A stretch of DNA of 56,542 bases, the filler included, from Platydemus manokwari (lineage: Eukaryota): NCBI GenBank assembly GCA_037951405.1. It is 6 parts of 6 records of this genome, joined end to end, with 100 filler letters (N's around TTAATTAATTAA, not from the genome) between each part and the next. Parts side by side here need not be neighbours in the genome. Positions count along the whole stretch, not along the records: positions 37,503 to 46,508 come from JBBMOY011315205.1; positions 46,609 to 56,542 come from JBBMOY011187433.1; 4 more parts are not named here. One strand, 5' to 3'. Shown piece after piece: positions 37,768 to 50,778 of the stretch. The first letter of the stretch is position 1. The number at the start of each line of letters is the position of its first letter. The translations under genes and the position numbers were made by a program. The notes under the pieces were generated by a model. It had not been told where the DNA came from and made no database searches. It worked only from the letters and a program-made list of their open reading frames with translations.

Positions 37768-40444
37768 TGAAAAAGTAAATAAAAATTAAATTCTAAACTT
37801 TTCTGACAAATACACATAACACGACGACAGAGAAGATCAAATACAGTCCGCAGAGAATGAAAATAATGACAATTAATGGATTAGATATCGAATAATTTCA
37901 TTGAATTAACTAATATATTCCATTTATTCTCGAAATACAATGTTCATATTTATTTATTGTTTATATGTATTGATTGTTTATATATTATTTATATTTTAAA
38001 ATATATATAAGTAAAATGTTTTTGAAAGTAAATAAATTTTGAAAAATATAAAAACAAATTATTTTATTCGAAAAATTAAGCTAAAAACAAAACCATAACA
38101 ATCAATAAAAAATCAATTAAAATCAAACCTAAAAAATATTTAAGTAATTTTAATGATATCCATGCATAAATTAAGCGGCTTTTAAGTTTGCAATGTTAAG
38201 GTTACCGTATCCTTTTCTGCAATAAATTGATTTGAGATCATAATAATATATATTTCCTCAGAACAAACTTGATAATTCTGCTGGAGACAATTTTGATTGT
38301 AATAATATTAGTATTTAAATAAATAAACAAATAGTTGCATAGAATTAAACAAAATTCAATATCATTCCTTGTGGACAGGTATTTAAAACACATGAATTCT
38401 TAGAAAAAATTATTTTATCAATATTTATGCAACTGTTTTAACTAACGCTTTTCACTTTAAAATCACCGTTAAATTAAGAGAATATTTTAAATTTATTTTA
38501 TTAATCAATTCGGTATTTTGTCAAATTATTAATAACAGCGAAAAATCATTTATAACGAGTATTTCCGTCATTAATGCATTGTGTAGAACTGTTGATAAAG
38601 ATTATGTCCATAATAATAACGCAACGCATTCTTGCTTTTAATTTTTATCAGATATATTTATATTTTAAGTATTTATATCTGAAGGAAGTGAATAGTTGCT
38701 TCAGATTTAATAAAAATTGTCTGAAACAATTAATTAATTAGTTATTATAAAGTTGTTTTGTTTGTGATTATTTGATTGATTGTCGTTGGGCTTATTTTGA
38801 TGATTTAAACACTTTTGTAAAGCCGTGCAATCAGTTATATTAGTTTTTAAAAAATATGTATAAAATCGATAATATAAATATTGATTATTAGAAATTATTT
38901 GTCAATAATATTTAGTTTTTATTTCGAATTTCGATAATTAATCAAATCATCAGCTTTTTCTTACCAATTCTTATACAAAATTTTTTCAAAGACTTTTGTG
39001 ATTCAATTTAATTTATATAGCTATTCCTGTTACCATGGGAATTTCAGTTTTAGAAGCACGTTGTAAAACATTAATCTAAGAAATATATTCTATTTTTATA
39101 AAGTTATTAATGACAGAAAACGAGCTTTCTTTCAGTGTATATCCTTAATGATTGGATTATTTAGCGTTTATTAAAATAATATTTGCTTGCAAAAAAACAG
39201 CCCATGATGATCTTTCAAAGCTTTCAGAAAACAAATAGATTGTCTTTATTCTTAATCGAATGTATATTTATGCCTCACGGAAATGAAGCAACATATTTCT
39301 TAATTTATTAAAAACCTTCGCGATTATAATGTAATTATCTAATTCAACATTTTATTATCAGTAAACATATCGATTTGTTTCTAAAAATATGCAATTCCAC
39401 ATACTGATAATAGGGATATGTTCTCCAATATATAAATTATTTAAAATTGTAATCTTTGAATTATTTCAATGTATATTTAAATAACCAATGAAATCTCTAG
39501 ATTAATTGAGATCTGATTATAAAGCAATTGTGTGAAAATAATAAAATATTAATTAGACATCTAATGATATATATTCAAGATCCATTCATCCAAAAATTAA
39601 AATAAAATGGCTTTTAATTAAGATTCATATTTAAGATATCATTTTGTTTAAATTATTTGATTAAATAGACTTCTGAGTCATGTGACGTTTCGTACTACAT
39701 GGCGACTACAGATTTGCATTTGATTCTCGATATTAGTATTGTAAAATGCATTAAAATAACATAACAAATAAGTAAACAACTGTTTTGTTGTTTGGTTTAA
39801 AATTTTTAAACAATTAACCACTTTTAAATACCCTATATATAATTTGAAAAATGAATTCGGCTTTGCACAGACACATGATGATTGAAAATGTATTTGGAAC
39901 ATCACTTGTTATGGTTCTTGTAGGACATAAATAAATATTTAATAATAATAAATATTTAGTTTTATGAAACTGTGACAAGATTTTATTAAAATTGTGCTTT
40001 GTGTTGTAATAAAATATCTATTGCTCTTTAAGATAAGAGTAACTAGCAGGATAAAACAAATAAATATTTCAATGGTAAACCAGTTATTTATAATAATTAG
40101 TATGAGATTTTTTAAAATTAATAATATTATCAAAAATATCGCTTGATATGCATTAAGAAAATCTTTAAAATAAAATTACAAATTCCTAGTATAAATTCTT
40201 CCTCTTAAATTCCATATATTTTAAGCTGTCTTTTCATGGAATTATCCTAAACTTTGATGTAATAGACCTTCTTAGAATCGCGTTTACCAAATAGAGAATC
40301 AGTCTAAATTAAAATCATTAGAAATATCCATTAAATCGAAATGAGTTGTTTTATTAATACCATACCTAACTAGAAAATTTATTAAATTCATTTTTAAAAA
40401 TTAGACGAATCTTCTTCAACATTCTTTGAGGCCGTATGTCAATC

Positions 40445-41246
40445 TCAGATTTTGTCCGACTTTAAGACTTGCTTGAGATAAAGTCTCAATGATATTCCTT
40501 CTCCACCAAAATTTATTAAATCACCATCTTGATCTATTATTTTAAAGGAAATTTCACTAACACATTTAGTAGATATTGGAAAATAAATTATGTGTTTTAC
40601 TTCTTTATTATATCAATAACCAGGACGAATACTATTGGGTGTAAAACTATAAATAATATTTGATTTTATCGAATCGTATTCGCAACTGAACAACCGAGAT
40701 GAGAATTTTCTGTGCTTTTTCCAGATATATAACTTCCATCAGCTATTGAACATTCAATATTTATTAACGTAAATTCAGAAACATTTATGTTTTTTTCTGA
40801 TAAATGATTTCTGGGAGTTTATATTTTATATTTTTCAAATCCTAAAACAGAACACAAAGTAACAAAATTTAAAAGTCCTTTTGTCATAAGTTTACATTTT
40901 AAAGTAGCATTATCAGGTTCAATTTTTATATCATATACATAGTTTTCATTACTATCAACTTGTGTAATTTTTATAAATCTGAAAATACCAACACATTCTT
41001 GTATACTTTCATTTGTATCAGGAATTTCTCTGACACTAAGAGGAATTTTATATAATTGATTTTAATATTCGAAAGAAGTATTCCCATCATTAATATTATA
41101 TACACTATATAATTATAAACACCTAAAAACATTAAACCAATTTCATATTCAAATCTTCCATCTAACTTTAAAGATACCGCAAAACTAAATTTCCCTTCAG
41201 ATTTTTTACTGGTGGATGTTATTACTGTGATATATTTTTTGGCAAT
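40445..41246 (-). pseudogene. Polinton minor capsid (penton, single jelly-roll) pseudogene
   Basis: Intronless reading with at least two frameshifts and several stops: LKLDGRFEYEIGLMFLGVYN..VYNINDGN..IEPDNATLKCKL..LCSVLGF..SEKNINV..INIECSIADGSYISG..YSFTPNSIRPGY*YNKEVKHIIYFPIS..ISFKIIDQDGDLINFGGEGISLRLYLKQ. Confidence 0.8.
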
Positions 41247-43601
41247 AATATTAATTAACGCACTTTATTTCTCCTCGAATTTTAAATTATCACTTTTTGA
41301 CTATTGTTCATATGGAAGGGAAGGTGAAGTGAAGGAACTCAGACTTCGTCTGACTTAATAAATAATGTCCCTCATCTTTAATCGGTTTCAAAAATGGAAA
41401 ATTTTCATATCCAGTATTTTTTATAAAATTATATATGGCTCTACCGTCATAAGGGGTTCATTAAATACTAGCTCCTTCCTTCGAACTTTGTCCCAGTTTT
41501 TCAGTCCATGCATCAGCTTTACTAGCCTGTTTTGCTTGCAGTTCCAATTAAACCTGCTGTAATTGCCGGTAGTGAGCTAATGACAAGAAACCCCACTTTC
41601 TCTTTGTTTTTATACTCTTCTTCATTATTTAATATTTTTTCAAGTTATAACTTATTTGGTTAGTTATTTTTATTTTTTCTCCCTCATGATAAATTGAGTT
41701 TAACCTCCTAAATTATATTTTTTTAAAGTTTTTCATCATGCATTTTTAAAAAATAAATATGTTCAATTTTAAATGTAAATTTTATTCTTAAATACTTCAA
41801 CATAGAGATAACTGAAAAATTGTTAAGATACTAAAAATAACAAATATTTAATTGAAATAAGATATCCAGATAAAAAAAATATACTCTGCAATAACACATT
41901 TTAAAATATATAATTACAAAGACATAAGGAATCGCCGTAGTATATGTTATACACATGTTGCCCGTCTAATTAATAAAAATCTCAAAGATGTGTGAATAAT
42001 TTAACTTTCACGAGAGACGGTTCGATTAAATAAACAGTTGAAATAATAATGTGTTTATTTGACGGAAAGAAATAAATACTTAATCGCTACAGAAATAATT
42101 TTTAAGCTGATTAATCAAGTACTAAATAAAAGATTGGTAAATAACCAACTTAGGTGTCATTTCGATTCGCATGTACAGAACTGGACAACTGTTTTGTATT
42201 AATTACGAATACAAATTGCATTTAATAAAATATCAATTTACTCAGTGTAATTTAACTATCTCATAAATATGATATGGTTGGCCGATTTCAAATAGACTGA
42301 TCAATCTAGCAACATCTGCTCAAATACTTGAACCCACGTTTAACTCAACAATAGCATGTATATCGATCGTCTTCATTGGTTTAAAATCCCATAGAAGATA
42401 TCTTGTGAACAAAGGGAAACATTGTCTACTCACCGGAAATACAAACTTTAAAAAGTGGAAAAGCCAAAAATAAAATTGCAATAAATAGAAGCATTACGAG
42501 ATACAGCGAAAGTGGTTACTATAGAGCATCAGCAAGAGATTGATCACAGTGATCGTTGAGGTCACTAAACGAAATAACTAATTTAAATGGCAAAACAAAA
42601 TCCAGGACTCAACGGCTAGATTGATTCAGATATTAATCAAGCCTTGTTCACTCAATGATTAACAGGAAATGCAAAAAAAATTATGCTAAATTGCTATAGT
42701 TACCACAGTAACAAACATATCTTACACGTATCAACTTGCAACGATTTATTGACAAAATAGATCCTTCATCTCAACACAATGGAGTTTGATAGAACAACAA
42801 TCGATGTCTATTTTTTGGATAAACACTACTAAAGATGAACGTCAATAATCACAAAAACAGGAAACATCACGTGAAATACATAACACGCCAATAATAGAAA
42901 TAAAGCATCACACTCCTCAAAATTTAAAACAAATAGCTATCGTGAATCTTTTATAAAAGACTCATACTATAATATCAAAGTTAACAGTTTCATAAATAAT
43001 TATAGAGTATTATAAAATAAAATTATAATTTACACACTTTCTTTTCGAAAAATAAAAGGTTGAGAAAATTCAAAACGAAGTACACGAAATTGATATATTT
43101 AAACAATCGTATAGTACATATATATATTAAATGTTATAATTATTGAATTTTATTACTTAATATTCTTAAATTTGAAACAAACTAAATAATGAAGAAATAA
43201 TTATTAAAAATAAGCTATGGAAAATGCAAAAGATATCATATTGTTACTAATTTCAAATTTAGTTTTTATATTTGTGTTAAAAAATAAATTAATCGAATAT
43301 CTTACACATTGGCAACGAAATTTCAATTTTAAAAATATATTTTATACCAATTTAATCCGCTTGGTGTATACAACCGAGTAAATTTAGTTTATTTAATAAT
43401 TGTTAAATTTTAGATTTAATATGATATGCGAAACAATATCAAGGACTGAGAAATGAAATAATTGGATCATTTTTCCAATTGAAATTATCGGTGTATTTGC
43501 ACATCTCCAAAAAATTATTAGTTCATTTTTATATTTATCAAATTAGCAGGATTCGATAAATATATTCTAATATTTATTTAAATATCTAAATTATTGTTCT
43601 C

Positions 43602-44604
43602 TCATAAACGAGGCTGACAAATAACTGGTTGTTGTGCGTTTCAACTTACATCATTTCAAAATCCTAAATCTTCCATTGAACATTCAATACAATTTTCAAT
43701 TCGAAGATTATTTAGTTGTTCCGGATGCTAGTTTTTTAATATGATTCTTTCTTTAACTCGAATGTAAGAATATTGTGTCAACCCAACAGCTCTCAATATC
43801 ATTATCACTAGCAGTTATCAAAAACATACCCAATTTTTTAGATTTAGCATATTGGAAAACCATCATCTAGTGTTATAAAAAGATCACTCTAATATTTTAT
43901 TTTCAAACATATCTCCAACATTTATATAAGCATCATCAATTTTATTCTAAACTCAAGTGAAAATCTTCACAATACGTAATAGCATCACTATAATTCATCA
44001 ACTGTTTGGCTGAGTTATAATTGAGAGGAATCACATTCTCTGTAAATAGATTTAAATAAAATCAACAAAATTATTGAACACAAATAATAATTGATAAAAT
44101 CAGTTTGCTTGAATACTTTTTTGTCTTCACATATCACATCTATTTTGTCAACACAAATAACGTGCTTCCAAACACCATTATGACGAACAACGGCATGTAC
44201 AAAATTTACATATCTTCAACCACATATCTTCCTAAGTACCAATTTCTTTAAAAGTTTACTCCTCAATTCATTACAAATAACAAAAATTATTACCTGTATG
44301 GGTTTTCGATACCATCTGAATCGATCCACACACTCTCTTTTATCAGATCACTTCTATCCATCCTGTAATTTTCGTGTTTATATTTTCTGGCATACTGAAC
44401 CACTAAATCCTTTAAAAACATGAGATTAATAGTAAAGATTGCTAAGAAAATATCATGTACGATTTTTATGGCATCACTTACTTTCAATGAACGTTTATTA
44501 CGTTCTTCGCAATAAACAATTACATTGTCATGAGCCATTCGATATGGAGCATGTTCAAAACTGAAATCTACTGCAGAAATTCAAAATTTTCTCGTTCATT
44601 TGCA
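43602..44604 (-). pseudogene. Tandem C-type lectin domain pseudogene
   Basis: CTLD1: MAHDNVIVYCEE..NGVWKHVICVDKIDVICE. CTLD2: MNYSDAITYCED..N*HPEQLNNLRIENCIECSMEDLGF*NDVS*NAQQPVICQ. Stops sit where conserved W, W and C are expected; a short intron separates the domains. Confidence 0.8.
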
Positions 44605-46508
44605 CTGTATTTTAAGTTATTTAAGTTATAATTTTTCAAAACTCATATGGATAGATTCTTCATGAAGTATTTATGGTGATAGATAAAAATAAATAAAGAT
44701 AAACAAGTTAATAATTATTTCAGTAAATATAATTTGTTATTTTGTTGTGATATCAAGTTGCATTTTGTTGACCAGATAGTTACTGTTATTCAATCAAACG
44801 TGTAATGACTTTTAATATTTATCATATCTAATATCTTGGATGAATTTGGAATTTTTTTTGCCAAAGCTGATTTCAGGATATTATAAGCCAATTAAAATAT
44901 ATCTTGGTCTATTCTTTAATAAAGCTACTGACCATGGAAAACTTTGTTACTCTGGAATGTGATTTAAAAATTTATTTAAATAATGGTCCTTAAATGATTT
45001 TTCAACTTGTAAATCTTCCATTATTTTATATTCCTTAATTAATGTTAAAGTCAATTCAAGGAAAATAAAATTCTGATGAATTAATAGTTAATTTTCTCTC
45101 TGCTTTTTCCCATAAAATATTTTATTATCATTTATATTTCTGTTTAAGATTATTTTAATTTTCATATTTGGTTTTTACTCATTGTAGTTCTTTACATTCC
45201 AAATATGGGTTTTAACGGATATTGCCCTGTGAACTTGTTTTTTTTATTATAAAAGGCTTTGGTTCTTCTATTGTTGTCTTCATCTGGGGCTTAACTGGAA
45301 TTGATGGTGTTAATTCACCAGTTTTTCAGTAGATTGATTTAATTGTATAAAATGTAACATGCTAGATTTATTCATAATGAAGAATTTCAATGAATTGCGA
45401 GAGATTTATTCATTTTACAATGATCCTTAAGACCTGTTTTACAAATGTTACTTCATAACTAGTTCCTCAAAGTATTTATCATGACTTTGTAGGATTAACC
45501 CGGTTGTTACAGCCATTTGTATTTACATTTTTCTATAATTTCGATTGATTAGATTCATAAATAATACTTTTATTGATTGTGATTTACAATTAAAGTGTCA
45601 AAAAAATGTGTCAAATCATGTTTCTTACGTTTCTCTCTTTTGCTAATATCGAATCATATATATGTATTACGTGGTTGGTTGTGGCTATTTTTTACAAAGG
45701 CTTATCGTATGTATGTGAACGATCAGCTTATTTCATTGTCATTAATTAAGTCGACTTTTTATGTAAAGTATTTCATAATATTTGAAACGCTGTCCAACTT
45801 AGCTCATCGGTTCATTTACTTTACTGTGCTTAGATCGATTGCGTGCAATTTCCTTACAAATTTATATGCTGAAATTTGCGTATAAATGAGCAGTAAATAC
45901 TTCACTAGGATTGGTAATTTGTTTTATTATTTAAGCTGTGATTGGTCATTTGACTGTAATAGTAGTAGTAAGTGGATCCAAAATATACTGTTACACAGTA
46001 CCTGGCACTGATAGAAATTGGAAACATTTTATGAAAATTTAGCATATGTTGTTCATCCATTCTAAACTTATTGTATCGAAAATTGTTTTGGTTTAGAAAA
46101 TATATAAACATTATTCAAATGCGAGTAGATTGACTGCAGGAACAATATCAATACCACGAGAAGACAAAGTTAAATTGAATTCATTAATCTTTATCAATCA
46201 TATATGTGATAAGAACATCGCCGGAAATATCGATATATTTTCCTAATTCGTACATGCGATGCAACGCAGCTCAATTAATGGAAGACAACTTCCTATAATT
46301 AGACATTTTATTAAAATTTGCAACCAGCTTTAGTTTTCCAATGAATTTCATAAATTTTTAAGCAGTTATTTGAGAATGAAACTTTTTACAAACGAATACG
46401 ATGAAGTATCGGCATAATGAATCTTTCAATTTTTATTAGGTTGTCCCATATGAAATGTCCGATTTTTATATATTGAACTTTAAATCAAAATTTTTTAAAA
46501 ACTACTTA

Positions 46509-46608
46509 NNNNNNNNNNNNNNNNNNNNNNNNNNNNNNNNNNNNNNNNNNNNTTAATTAATTAANNNNNNNNNNNNNNNNNNNNNNNNNNNNNNNNNNNN
46601 NNNNNNNN
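46509..46608. other. Artificial contig-joining spacer
   Basis: N44-TTAATTAATTAA-N44. Confidence 0.97.
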
Positions 46609-49600
46609 CAATAGTGTCTTGTAGTTACATTTAAATTTGATTTATCAATAAACTTATTTTATCAAATTTGTTTATTATTGATTTTGATATTTTCAGGTAG
46701 ACCCATATTTTACTAATATCTATATTTTAAATATTATTATTATTATAGTTGAGAGTGATTTGAACACTTCCTACGTATCTGATTGGAACAGATTCTGTTG
46801 GGAACCAAATCGCAACCTACCTTCTTATTATATTTAAATCCGAACGTTATATCATATTCGTAATCTTATAACACCAAAATTTCGATTCAATTTTATTTCG
46901 TTAAATCTTATTCGATAAAACCCCAACAGTTTTCAGGTAAGTCGCTTAATGATCCGATCGACAAGTAATACAATGCTGAAGGATACACTAAGCCAAAAAT
47001 GTAACAAACAAAATTTTCTCTATCAACTATATCAGGTTCGAAATGAATCTTAGTACTGATGTCGACTCTCAATCAAATGCGACCAATTAATAACAGATTC
47101 GAAAATCAACTTTAGATTTTGTAAACTCCAACATCTCAATCCAATCCACGCTCAATTGATGGTACCAGAAAGATGAACATTAATATTTTGCTTGCTTTAT
47201 CCTATTTATCTTTTAAGTATAATTATAACAATTATAATTTTAAATATGATTTACAATATTGAATATTGAATATTGAATATTGATTGATTAATTTGAAATG
47301 AAGTCTTTCATAATATCTTGAATTAATATGTCATCTGGAAAGAAATCAAATGGCGACAAATTATAATCTTAATAATTATTATAAATTGCCATGGCCAATA
47401 ATTTTTTGAATAAAATTCTATAGAATTAATAAAGTTAATATTATTATAATGCAGTAATAATGAATGAAAGAGGCTGAGAGATAATTGATAGAAATTATTT
47501 GAGAATATAAATTGGCAGAAAAATAAACAACACAGAATTATTAACAAATAACAGAAAATTAACTAGAAAATCATGACTACGCTTGTTAATAAATAAAATA
47601 TCAAAATGGCAAAACATAAATAAACGTACTAATAAATAAACAAGAACAGGGAAGTCAGTTAAACTCTTAAAATACACGATATAAAGAAGCAGCGGATTAC
47701 ACCACAATAAACCATAACCACACAATAAAGTTTTCTGAGATGCATTGAAACAAGCTTATAAGATAAGTGAAATTGATTATTGGAATCTTTCATTTAACCA
47801 AATTTGTGGTTCTATCATACAGTATCTACAAGTAAAGTTATTATATTTTGCTTTAAAAATATTTTGTTTTAACCTTTAAAAAATTGACTATTCAATTTGG
47901 TTCTTTTGTTGGTTTTGCGGATCACATGTTTGTTTTATTTCAATGTTTTATATCAATAAATGTTAATGTTGTTGCTATAACACTCTATTGTCTGATCAAC
48001 CTCCATAGTTGTAATTTAGACCAAAAAGATAGCAATCTGAACCGAAATTGTTGACGGTCTTCCTTCGTCTTAATCGTTCTGGTCCTAAATAATGACAGCA
48101 AGAACGCAAGATAATGTTTTCATTTTAATTTTATACTTTACTTGGTCTCTAATGCTTCATTCGGTAAATTAATTTTATCTTGTTACCAGGTCAAATGATA
48201 TTACAATGTTTATCAGTCTCTTTAAGTTTTAAATAAAATGAATCAGCTTTAAATTTACAATAATATGGTACTGATTATGATACTGAGTTAACTATAAATC
48301 CGATGATATGATTACTGTCAACACAATGAAATAAAACAAACTAGTTAGTTTTTAAAATATATTTATTATTAAATTAAAATTCTAAATAAAATAATAATAG
48401 CTACAATAATAAATACAAGTTTTCGTATTTGGACACGAATGATTTTTATTCGATGATGAATTTTATTGACTCAAATCATAGTTTTAATCACTATTAGTAA
48501 GCCATCTATCTGATACAGCACAGCAACCAGAAAGAAATATGGCATGTTGAGGATTTCAACATTGCTATAAAAGTATCGGCTGGTTGTCACAATAATGGAG
48601 TAATTGAGTTTAATAATTATAACAAAATGTATACCCAAGTACGCTAGCTTTTAGAATATAGAGTAAGATTCACATAATTTCGACATCACACGAAATTATT
48701 GAAGCCTCCCCCAAAACCGGTGATTAAAAATTTACAAACAGCCTCCACAAAAAATTGTTTCCATAATAAAATTAAAGCCTGAGAAGATTAGATTTCCTAG
48801 GTTATATTAAAGCACAGATACAATACTATAAAAATAGACTTGTCCTTGCATGCAGAAGAGAAAATAATTACTTGCCTATTTTATTGATCCATTGAAATAA
48901 GCTTATCGTAAAGTTTTCTAAATTGAAATCCTATATTTTCGGGTTCGTAAATTATTTAGTCATCCTTAATTGTCGAAGAATAATTAAATTCTGACTGTGA
49001 TACAATAATCTTCAGCTTGTGGTGATACAAATCAGAATTACTTTTTAATGTGATTGATGTAACAAACTTAAGTACATTGTAATAATATGAATATTTGTGC
49101 TGCCAATTGCTCTACAAAACTCGTAATTTCTGTGCAAAATGTAACTATCATTTTTTGTTCTAAGCTATTAAACACTATGTTGCGATGTTTGTTGCCTGAC
49201 TTGTATAATGTTACCCAGTCTATGTAAATGTTTCTTTGTATGTTATTGGTTCTTTCGTGCTTTACTTTATTTATTCGTTCTTAATTGTTTCATTGTCACG
49301 TGTCAAATTCTACATTGTTTTAAGTTTCTTCGTTACTTAAAGCTTTTTGCTTCGAATCTTTGTTTGCAAACAAAACTAAACACAAAGACTTAAAAAAATT
49401 AACATTATATCTTTTATTATTTTCATTGTTCGTAGTTTATTATTGCTACTATTTATAGATAGAAGCAGTATCTCATATATTTATCTCAATTTAACTCAAA
49501 ACAATGGAAAGTCAAATTTATTGTTGGTCATTCAAACAAACATTTATAATCATCCTGTGGTAATAACTTTGTGAGAAGGAAATTCACCATTTATCATATC

Positions 49601-50778
49601 ATTATACATGTTGTGGTTCTGGAGGTCTCTAGAGACACGTATGGAGGTGAAATTACAGAAAAAAATAACTGGATTATCTAAATGTGTGAAACTATATGCA
49701 TAAATTCCTGATATCTGTTTAAAATTGGATGGATTTGATAATGTTGCTGTTTGACGTTTTGATAGTTTTGATATTTTGAATAGATGTATTCCTCAATAAT
49801 ATAATCACGCGCCCTTTCTTAAATTTTCTTTTTAAATATACTTTCCGTTGATATCATTCTATCTTAATTAGCCTCAGATGACAAAACTATGCAATCTTTA
49901 AAAATTAAAAATTTTGATAGTAAATATTATTATCTATTAAAATTACTCTACTGATAAAAGAACTAATTTGAATTTCTATGGTTGATTTTAATCTACTACT
50001 TTATATTTACGCGCGACCTTATCATAGCCAAGAGCCATATTTTTTCCGAGGAAAACTCAGCAAAAATTTAAGAGAAATTACAATTGCAACATGTTAATCT
50101 TATTATCGTCAATCAATTATTGATAAATATTTTGATTTCTGAATATGAGAGCATCTCATATAATCTTTTAATTATAGAGCTCTTAATTTTGAGGAAATAG
50201 AAATTGTAACAACTATCTGCTTTGGATATAATCCAACAAAAGCATGGCTATTTTAAGAGAAACTTAGTTTTCAAATGTATGATGAAAGTTTAGCTATAGA
50301 CTTTAGGTAAATGGATATATTTTGAAATTACAGAATTTTGAACTTTTTCGAAATTTTCGACTGTTCTCAAGGAGATCCACATTCTATTTTTTGTACAGTT
50401 ATTTGTAGAACGCGAATATAAATATTTGAAGTGTTTCTGTTTTTTCATATTTAGTGTTAATTTGAAGTTTATTTTGTTATCGGACTCATTTGTTGGGTTG
50501 AAAGTACCTTAGTAACAGATGTTTCAACATAAATCCAACATAACTATTAATTTTTGATAAGTTTTATCCCATTGTTACATTCTGATTTAATTATTTTCAT
50601 AAAATTATAGAAAACAATTTAAATTAATATTAAAATTATACATGGAATTTTAATTTAATTAATTTAATACCATGATAAAATATTTATCATTGTTTAATAT
50701 TAAATTAATTTTTACTAAATTAAATTTTTTAATTTAATCAATCTCTTGTTTAAATAAATATCAATTTTAATTTTCTTT

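Larger units (their letters stand above)
37503..41740. mobile_element. Fossil Polinton/Maverick segment
   Basis: Penton-like pseudogene at 40445-41246 (best evidence). Weaker traces: integrase-like IMDIIF..NDGNTRYK*FFAVINNLTKY and KYLSTRNDIEF (-, ~38350-38640); protease-like N-terminus MNLINFLVRYGINKTTHFDL (-, from 40391); hydrophobic VGFLVISSLPAITAGLIG (-, ~41545-41600); ORF end LTNGLLDIIF..EEIEDYFKIL (+, 37504-37767). Boundaries are approximate. Confidence 0.65.

Noticed and set aside
50600-50775. Near-pure A/T tract with small palindromes upstream of SPT16
   Set aside because: Low complexity; short palindromes are expected by chance at this composition.
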